From positions 1 to 11,944 of the forward strand of contig JASLKH010000082.1 of NCBI GenBank assembly GCA_030747675.1: DNA of 11,944 nucleotides, written 5' to 3'. A program made the position numbers and the translations under genes. The notes beneath the pieces were generated by a model. That model was not told where the DNA came from. It made no database searches and saw only the letters and a list, made by a program, of their open reading frames with translations. This document shows, in pieces, positions 6,222 through 11,944 of the stretch (its first letter is position 1; every line of letters begins with the position of its first letter). The DNA is from Candidatus Thalassarchaeaceae archaeon (GTDB lineage Archaea; Thermoplasmatota; Poseidoniia; Poseidoniales; Thalassarchaeaceae).

Positions 6222-7052
6222 CTATATTCGATTCATCCTAAGAGAGAACAGATACATTGGAAGAATTGTCCACAATACAGCCGAAGACCAAATCCAAATG
6301 GAATCCAAGCGCGGTTGGGAATTAGAAGGTAAGCGAGTTTCGAGTAACAATTGATACACGCCATTGGGGCTGAAAAGATCCATTTTCTCAGCCATTAAGT
6401 CAAAACTTGATGAATTTGTGTCTGTTGCATCTACACCCATAAATGTTGCAACTACTACCGTCACCAACAGCCACAGCAAAGTGAAAAGAAGCCATGTACC
6501 TACTCCCAATGTTACTGCTGAGCCCATGTCGCGAGCTACTGATGAGGCCAGTAATTGCAAACAAGTATACCACCAAAGCAACAGTCCTGTTGCAATAACA
6601 AAAATTGAAAAATCGGTGAGAGTAGGCCATGCATTCATCTGATTATGGATGATGTATGTGCCAATTAATACCCCAACAAGTGTCGGACACATTGCCGCCA
6701 TCCAAGTTCCAATAACCTGGGATATCGCAAAATCCGTCCGGGGCATCGGTTGTGACAAATCAATGAGCAATTCACCAGTTAATTTACGGCGACTAATTGC
6801 ATCAAAACCAAGCAAAACAACAGAAAGTGTGCAAACAAGAACAACAACTGTGCTTGCTAGAAAAAGAGCACTCGTTGGAGATGTAACTTCAATTCCGGCA
6901 GGGGCTACAAACCTTGAATCTGAAAATCCCCAGCACGCTGCTGAAAGCAAGAAAATTATCAAAGGTGCAAGAAGCATCATTCTTTGTCCAGTTAGTTGAC
7001 GCTTGACTTCGCAAAGTGAAACAGACCGCAATATTGAGAGGCGGCTACTCAT
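6222..7052 (-). CDS. ABC-2 type exporter permease (NosY/ABC2_membrane_2-like)
   Basis: About 6 TM helices. GFDAISRRKLTGELLIDLSQPMPRTDF matches the ABC-2 permease GxDxIxxE-R-x-x-G-T-L-x-L-L-x-x-P-x-x-R motif. It overlaps the ATPase stop by 8 nt. Alternative GTG start at 7058. Confidence 0.85.
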   Translation of the reverse strand: MSSRLSILRSVSLCEVKRQLTGQRMMLLAPLIIFLLSAACWGFSDSRFVAPAGIEVTSPTSALFLASTVVVLVCTLSVVLLGFDAISRRKLTGELLIDLSQPMPRTDFAISQVIGTWMAAMCPTLVGVLIGTYIIHNQMNAWPTLTDFSIFVIATGLLLWWYTCLQLLASSVARDMGSAVTLGVGTWLLFTLLWLLVTVVVATFMGVDATDTNSSSFDLMAEKMDLFSPNGVYQLLLETRLPSNSQPRLDSIWIWSSAVLWTILPMYLFSLRMNRI

Positions 7053-8046
7053 CTTCACCAGCCCCTACTTCAGAAAAAATATCGAAACCTGCATCTTCTA
7101 AACGAACCCCTGTTGCTGAAGAAAGTACTTCTTCTAATTCGGCGGAAAGTGGTGTTAATCTAGTAAGAGAATATTTTTCTTGAAGTGTAAAACGTTTCAT
7201 TGTATCCCATTCACCAGATTCCAAATGTAAACGATAAGCCCAATCCTCTCCATCCATTGTAGGGATTTCTTCTATGGTGACATGCTCACCAACATCCGTA
7301 GGCTCTTTACCAATTCCAGCAATTTCTAATCTCGCACTTAAGCCTAATTCTTGCTCAATATTAGAAAGAGGCCCATTTACTAAAATCCGTCCATGATGCA
7401 TTAGAATAACTTCATCGACAATACGTTCAAGTTGCAACAAACTGTGACTACTAACCACAACTCCAACACCTTGATCCGCAAGTTGAGATAGTAATATCCT
7501 GAAAGCTGCTTGTGCAACGGGATCTAAACCATTTAATGGTTCATCCAAAATGAGAATCTTTGGATTTCCAAGAAGCGATGTTGCAAGAGATAACCGTTGC
7601 TTCATACCCTGAGAAAGAGTTGAAAGAGCATCATCGGAACGTTTGGAGAGCCCCACTATTTTCAGCACATCTTCGCCCTTACAAGAGGAGATTCCTCGCA
7701 TTGAACAGAGACGTGTGATAACTGCGAGAGGTGTGCTATGTCCCTCCCATGATACGCTTTCAGGCATGTATCCAATAGCCATAGATAATTCAACCCTGGA
7801 ATAATCTAGAGAAATATTTCTCCCCTCTAATCGAAGTTCGCCGTCATCCAATTTTGTTAATCCAGATAAAACTTGCATCAATGTAGTTTTACCCGCTCCA
7901 TTAGGGCCAACTAAACCAATCACCTTTCCTGGTGAGATTTTTAGATTTACATCTCTAATCCCTGGTCCTTTTCCTGTGGCCCAAGGGCGGAAAAATGTAC
8001 CCCGGCGAACCGGGTGGCGATAGTTCGCGGCAAGTAATTCAAGCAT
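7045..8046 (-). CDS. ABC-2 type exporter ATP-binding protein (CcmA/NosF-like)
   Basis: Walker A GPNGAGKT, signature variant LSQGMKQRL, Walker B ILILDEPLNGLDP, H-loop SSH. The ATG at 8046 is preceded by SD GGTGAGG. Confidence 0.92.
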   Translation of the reverse strand: MLELLAANYRHPVRRGTFFRPWATGKGPGIRDVNLKISPGKVIGLVGPNGAGKTTLMQVLSGLTKLDDGELRLEGRNISLDYSRVELSMAIGYMPESVSWEGHSTPLAVITRLCSMRGISSCKGEDVLKIVGLSKRSDDALSTLSQGMKQRLSLATSLLGNPKILILDEPLNGLDPVAQAAFRILLSQLADQGVGVVVSSHSLLQLERIVDEVILMHHGRILVNGPLSNIEQELGLSARLEIAGIGKEPTDVGEHVTIEEIPTMDGEDWAYRLHLESGEWDTMKRFTLQEKYSLTRLTPLSAELEEVLSSATGVRLEDAGFDIFSEVGAGEDE

Positions 8047-8153
8047 GCGCCTCACCTAGCCGTAAGGTGGCCCCTTCTTGGAATTGCTTGAACAAACTCC
8101 TGAACAATTTTTCAGCCACATGGTTCAATGGGTAGTAAGTTTACGCAATAGCA

Positions 8154-9050
8154 ATGCACGTAGCCGGAGCTGTCATTGCATGGCTGGTGCCACTCATTCT
8201 TCTTACAGGGACAATTGGTATGGAATGGAAAAGAAAATATCCAGACGTTCATCTTTCAGATTATGTCCAAGCTGATACATTTGCAATGGGGTTGATTGTA
8301 CTCAGTTTCTGCGTATGGATTATCCCTCTAGGATGGTTACTTGCACTCCCACTCGCAGGAATTTGTTTGGGTATTCTTACGATATATTCAGAAAATTCTA
8401 GAAAAATGTGGGTCCAAAGATGGAAACCTCGTTCCTTACTCGTTATTGCCATTGTAATAGGCGTAATGATTTCAGGAATTAGTTCAGTATCAGAACCAGT
8501 CGGTGCACCAGACTGGGGTGAACCAATATTGACTGAGAATTCCGATGCTCCAGCGTGGCCCGCATCTGAACAGCACACATGGGTTGTTACTGAAGGAATT
8601 CTTCCCACTGATTTCACAATTCTTGTTGTCAACCACATTCGATTTCCAGGAGCCTATTCTGCATATGGATCTGGGTCGTGTGTCCTTTGGTGGATTGAGT
8701 TTTCAGATGCTGATGATTTGCGTCTTAAACAATCGATTGAAACTTTGTTGGATAAAACCAATCAGCCGTCATCGTATACAGAACACTTCTCTCTTGATAC
8801 TATTTCAAGTGGCGAAACACACGAGTACGATTCGGCAACTTTACCATACAGTCAAAAATTCGTAGTTATCGATTTGTTTGGTGAAACCAAAGTTGCCGAA
8901 GTCATCACTGTCGCACAGGGCGATTGGGGTGGGGAAGTTCATCTTCTAACCATGATTAAACCAATGATTGGTTTTGATACTCCATTTTACGCAGATAACG
9001 ACCCATATGGTGCCAAATATGTCGACGCTTGGCTAAATTCTCAGCCCTAA
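8154..9050 (+). CDS. Hypothetical membrane protein (298 aa): about 4 N-terminal TM helices and a C-terminal soluble, probably extracellular, domain
   Basis: Long ORF divergent from the ABC-2 ATPase. Hydrophobic N-terminal half, acidic C-terminal domain, no recognised family. Confidence 0.75.
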   Translation: MHVAGAVIAWLVPLILLTGTIGMEWKRKYPDVHLSDYVQADTFAMGLIVLSFCVWIIPLGWLLALPLAGICLGILTIYSENSRKMWVQRWKPRSLLVIAIVIGVMISGISSVSEPVGAPDWGEPILTENSDAPAWPASEQHTWVVTEGILPTDFTILVVNHIRFPGAYSAYGSGSCVLWWIEFSDADDLRLKQSIETLLDKTNQPSSYTEHFSLDTISSGETHEYDSATLPYSQKFVVIDLFGETKVAEVITVAQGDWGGEVHLLTMIKPMIGFDTPFYADNDPYGAKYVDAWLNSQP

Positions 9051-9059
9051 TGGAATAAT

Positions 9060-9076
9060 GAACACCTAAGGTGTTC
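9060..9076. promoter_or_regulatory. 17-bp palindrome in the intergenic region (possible operator or terminator)
   Basis: GAACACCT-a-AGGTGTTC is a perfect 8-bp IR, 10 nt after the stop at 9050 and 60 nt before the ATG at 9137. Confidence 0.4.
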
Positions 9077-9136
9077 CTAACAACAGTTGATGTAATGCGG
9101 GAAAGCCTCTTGAGGCGTCTTGTGGGTTGCCGTGTC

Positions 9137-11161
9137 ATGAGGAATACTTTCGTCAAAGGCATGTGGGCCGTGATGCTCACTATTTTGTTGCTAGGAAGCA
9201 TGAATAATATAGAAAATGAATTGGATGAAACTGACAGCGTTTCGGAGGCTGGTCGACAAGAAGGAGGTGTCGTTGCTGAATGTGAAGGGCTAACATTTGA
9301 AGATATGTTCAATTACACACATGCAGATTTCGAATTTGAAATTGCAGATGATTGGGAAACAGCATATGTTCGAGCTGTTGCTTGGGTAAACGGTACGCTT
9401 GCAGATGATGTTCGATTTGATTTTGATGAACTGTTTGAACCCCTTGGTACCGACAATGGGTGGCTATCAACTGATGAATATCGGACAGTCAGAGCGATTG
9501 CTGCACAATGCGTAGAGCAGACAAATCCTAGAGTCGGATTCCGAAGTGGACCACCTCATCGAGGTGGTGGTGGAGTAAATTGGTTCAACGCATCTTGGCT
9601 AAATACAGATGACAATCCAATGGTCCTTGAAGAATGGAATTTGATGCCAGGAAATCATGTTGATGAAAGAACATGTCCTACTCAAAACCCGCAGAATGAT
9701 TGTGTGGAAATTCCTGTAGCACCCATTACTCAAGGAAGGGATTGTGACACCACTATTACGCATCCAGATGAGTGCAGGCTAATCATTTGGCTAAATGCGA
9801 CACTTGAGTTTGACACTCAAGGTATGATGAGTGGAGGGAGTGATGAATTTACTATTGCAATGAACACATCAAATATGACCAATACTGATATGCATATCAC
9901 ATTCCCTGAACAATCAGGTCTACGAATCAACCTGTTTGAAGAGTGCGATGGGCGTCGGATTGATCAAGCCAATAATAGCAACCAAGGAGCTACTCCTGCC
10001 CCAGGGGACTGTGATGAAGGGTTGAATGGATTTGGCAATGATGATAGCATTAGTGTAAGCAGCCGGTTGGTTAGCATCAATGGGCAAACACGACTCAAGG
10101 TCGATGCACAAGTTGAATATGATATGTCGATATGGCCAACAGGGCAAGATATGTTCTTTGATATGACAACCACTCCACCTGAAACGGATGACCCCCCCTC
10201 TTGGACTTCGACAGCGCCTGCTGAAGGCAACATTATGCCAATTGCAGATGACGGGCGAGTTCTATTTGTTTCATCGAACCAGATGGCAGCGTGGGCGGAA
10301 GATGATCAAGGTACTCCCTTGATATCATGTACTTCCAATGATGCAAATTTATGGTCAATGAGTAGTGATGCCGAAGGACTCTCTGCTATTGCCCCAGGAG
10401 GCACTGACAGTACAACTGTGACTTGCCAAGCAACTGATTCAAGTGGTCAAACTTCAGAAATGAGAAATTTCACTTTACAGGTTCCAATGCGGCCCATTGC
10501 TGCTGTTGTGGGTGGAAATGCAGAAGTTACAATGACACCTACAACTGGAATGCCAGAAATGCAAGTAGTGGTTACTCTCACTCAACCAGATGCACAAGTG
10601 TCATCCAATTCAATGGCGTTATCAGGAACCAGTACAATTTCAATTCCACTTGAATCGATGTCCCCGGGGCCATTGATGGTTGAAATTGTTGCATCTGGAA
10701 CTGGAATGGCTACCTTTTCACATATCTATGATCTTGACATGGATAAAGAATCCGCAACTCCAACACTGTCCCTTAGCACATATGAGTGGTACGATGGAAA
10801 ATATGAGATGCAAGGGAACTTCAATGACCCAGATGGAGACTCAGTTACCATTACTGCAACCAATGATGGATTTGATTGGGGAGATGTAGTAAAATCAGGG
10901 AACCAATGGATGGTTTCAGGCCCAGGTATTGATTCGATTGATTCGATGAATTCAATCGTGATTACGGCATGTGATAGTTGGAATAAATGTTCCACAATAA
11001 CACACGAGGCAGGGCAAACACCTGGAGTCACTTCCCCTCCACCTGTAGATACTAGCGAACCTAAAGATGATGATGACGGTGGTGGATTACCCGGGTTTGG
11101 GTTATTTGCTGCACTCGCAGCATTCGCCTTAGCCGGAACTAGAATGAGGCGGCGTGAATAA
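9137..11161 (+). CDS. Large secreted cell-surface protein (about 674 aa) with a C-terminal PGF-CTERM archaeosortase sorting signal
   Basis: Signal-peptide-like start MRNTFVKGMWAVMLTILLLGS. Acidic, Cys-paired, beta-rich body. Pro/Thr/Asp linker, then GGGLPGFGLFAALAAFALAGTRMRRRE (PGF, TM helix, basic tail). The exact start is uncertain (9137 or 9161). Confidence 0.85.
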   Translation: MRNTFVKGMWAVMLTILLLGSMNNIENELDETDSVSEAGRQEGGVVAECEGLTFEDMFNYTHADFEFEIADDWETAYVRAVAWVNGTLADDVRFDFDELFEPLGTDNGWLSTDEYRTVRAIAAQCVEQTNPRVGFRSGPPHRGGGGVNWFNASWLNTDDNPMVLEEWNLMPGNHVDERTCPTQNPQNDCVEIPVAPITQGRDCDTTITHPDECRLIIWLNATLEFDTQGMMSGGSDEFTIAMNTSNMTNTDMHITFPEQSGLRINLFEECDGRRIDQANNSNQGATPAPGDCDEGLNGFGNDDSISVSSRLVSINGQTRLKVDAQVEYDMSIWPTGQDMFFDMTTTPPETDDPPSWTSTAPAEGNIMPIADDGRVLFVSSNQMAAWAEDDQGTPLISCTSNDANLWSMSSDAEGLSAIAPGGTDSTTVTCQATDSSGQTSEMRNFTLQVPMRPIAAVVGGNAEVTMTPTTGMPEMQVVVTLTQPDAQVSSNSMALSGTSTISIPLESMSPGPLMVEIVASGTGMATFSHIYDLDMDKESATPTLSLSTYEWYDGKYEMQGNFNDPDGDSVTITATNDGFDWGDVVKSGNQWMVSGPGIDSIDSMNSIVITACDSWNKCSTITHEAGQTPGVTSPPPVDTSEPKDDDDGGGLPGFGLFAALAAFALAGTRMRRRE

Positions 11162-11219
11162 CTAATCTGTAAAGGGAGCATTCATACGGAGTGCACTGCC
11201 GGCTCAAGTCGGTGAATGT

Positions 11220-11944
11220 ATGGCGTTTGAAGGTCTGATTCGTGAAATTAGTCACGAAGGCGGTATGCTAGTGCCTTTTACTGGTGAAGCGCCACCTCTA
11301 GGTCAAATCATGCAATTACCTGGTGGGAAATGGGTTGGAAAGATCGACACAGTAATCGGAGAAATCAGTGCTGCTGTTGCACATATCAAACCATTTCGCG
11401 ATGTTGAAGTTGATTTACTAGTCGGCCAACCTGTGGAACTTGCTCCGCCTAAAGAACGGCGTAACAATGATCGTAGAGGAGGCGGAGATCGAAGAGACAA
11501 CCGCGGAGGGCAAAAAGAAGGTGATTGGATTTGTCCGAAATGTCGTAATGATAATTTCGCATGGAGAGATAAATGCAACCGTTGTGAAGCTCCAAAACCA
11601 TCTGGAGGAGGCCACCGAGGAGGAAATAGAGGAGGTTTCCGCGGAGGCGGAGATCGAAGACCTCAACGACGTGATGATCGAGGGGGGAATAGAGGAGGCT
11701 TTCGCGGAGGCGGAGATCGGAGACCTCAACGACGTGATGACCGAGGTGGAGATCGAAGACCTCAACGACGTGATGACCGAGGTGGAGATCGAAGACCTCA
11801 ACGACGTGATGATCGAGGAGGGAATAGAGGAGGTTTCCGCGGAGGCGGAGATCGAAGACCTCAACGACGTGATGATCGAGGGGGGAATAGAGGAGGTTTC
11901 CGCGGAGGCGGAGATCGAAGACCTCCGCGACGTGATGACCGAGG
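11220..11944 (+). CDS. gar1: Gar1/Naf1-like H/ACA RNP subunit fused to a RanBP2-type zinc finger and RGG-rich repeats (3' end outside the window; not in the ORF track)
   Basis: SD GGTGA at 11211-11215, ATG at 11220, frame open for 241 codons to the window edge. aa 1-75 [18 protein letters not shown]...PPLGQ...[21 protein letters not shown]...LVGQPVEL fits the archaeal Gar1 pattern. aa 101-127 [27 protein letters not shown] matches W-x-C-x2-C-x3-N-x6-C-x2-C. Confidence 0.8.
   Translation, partial: MAFEGLIREISHEGGMLVPFTGEAPPLGQIMQLPGGKWVGKIDTVIGEISAAVAHIKPFRDVEVDLLVGQPVELAPPKERRNNDRRGGGDRRDNRGGQKEGDWICPKCRNDNFAWRDKCNRCEAPKPSGGGHRGGNRGGFRGGGDRRPQRRDDRGGNRGGFRGGGDRRPQRRDDRGGDRRPQRRDDRGGDRRPQRRDDRGGNRGGFRGGGDRRPQRRDDRGGNRGGFRGGGDRRPPRRDDR
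11619..11944 (+). repeat. In-frame coding tandem repeat: 63-nt and 36-nt units encoding [21 protein letters not shown] and [12 protein letters not shown]
   Basis: Visible order is long, long, short, short, long, long, then truncated. The DRRP(Q/P)RRDDR core occurs six times. Differences between copies are mostly synonymous. Confidence 0.95.

Noticed and set aside
9071-9136. GTG start at 9071 for the surface protein
   Set aside because: It lies inside the intergenic palindrome and would put 22 residues ahead of a good signal peptide.
3129-10889. Short alternative-frame ORFs (3129, 3530, 4393, 4771, 5089, 5356, 5877, 6364, 6400, 6649, 8078, 8261, 8545, 8956, 9920, 9964, 10680)
   Set aside because: All overlap better-supported genes, mostly antisense, and show no family motifs.
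10726-11864. Minus-strand ORFs 10726..11181, 11303..11578 and 11418..11864
   Set aside because: They are antisense shadows of the PGF-CTERM gene and the Gar1-ZnF-RGG gene. Their Ser/Ile-rich repeats are just the reverse complement of the RGG array.
11619-11944. CRISPR array
   Set aside because: The repeats are contiguous, in-frame multiples of 3 with no unique spacers, and there are no cas genes. This is a coding tandem repeat.

Overview
This is an archaeal chromosomal window, most likely Marine Group II Euryarchaeota (Poseidoniales). The taxonomy is inferred from GGTGA-type Shine-Dalgarno sites, a PGF-CTERM protein, a lipobox signal peptide, a Gar1-like gene and characteristic surface-protein motifs. 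Left to right: a small palindrome/repeat cluster, an accessory membrane protein gene converging on the 3' end of tRNA-Leu(TAG), a bacterial-type gpsA and a small winged-helix-like gene. Next come a four-gene minus-strand ABC operon, an ABC-2 exporter pair, a membrane protein and a PGF-CTERM surface protein. The window ends in a gene missing from the ORF track, a Gar1-RanBP2 zinc finger-RGG repeat fusion that is cut by the window edge. Main discovery: the operon at 2422-6096 would be auto-annotated as a phosphonate transporter (phnDCE), but three independent sequence signals point to iron acquisition. (1) The binding protein resembles a single transferrin lobe, with all four Fe3+ ligands and the carbonate-binding motif in order. 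(2) The last gene carries an HmuY-like heme-binding domain. (3) The promoter carries TTAGG-N4-CCTAA DtxR/IdeR/SirR-type boxes. Second highlight: an archaeal Gar1 with a eukaryote-like FET/ZRANB2-type zinc finger and an RGG low-complexity tail. All family assignments come from by-eye motif recognition; no database search was run.
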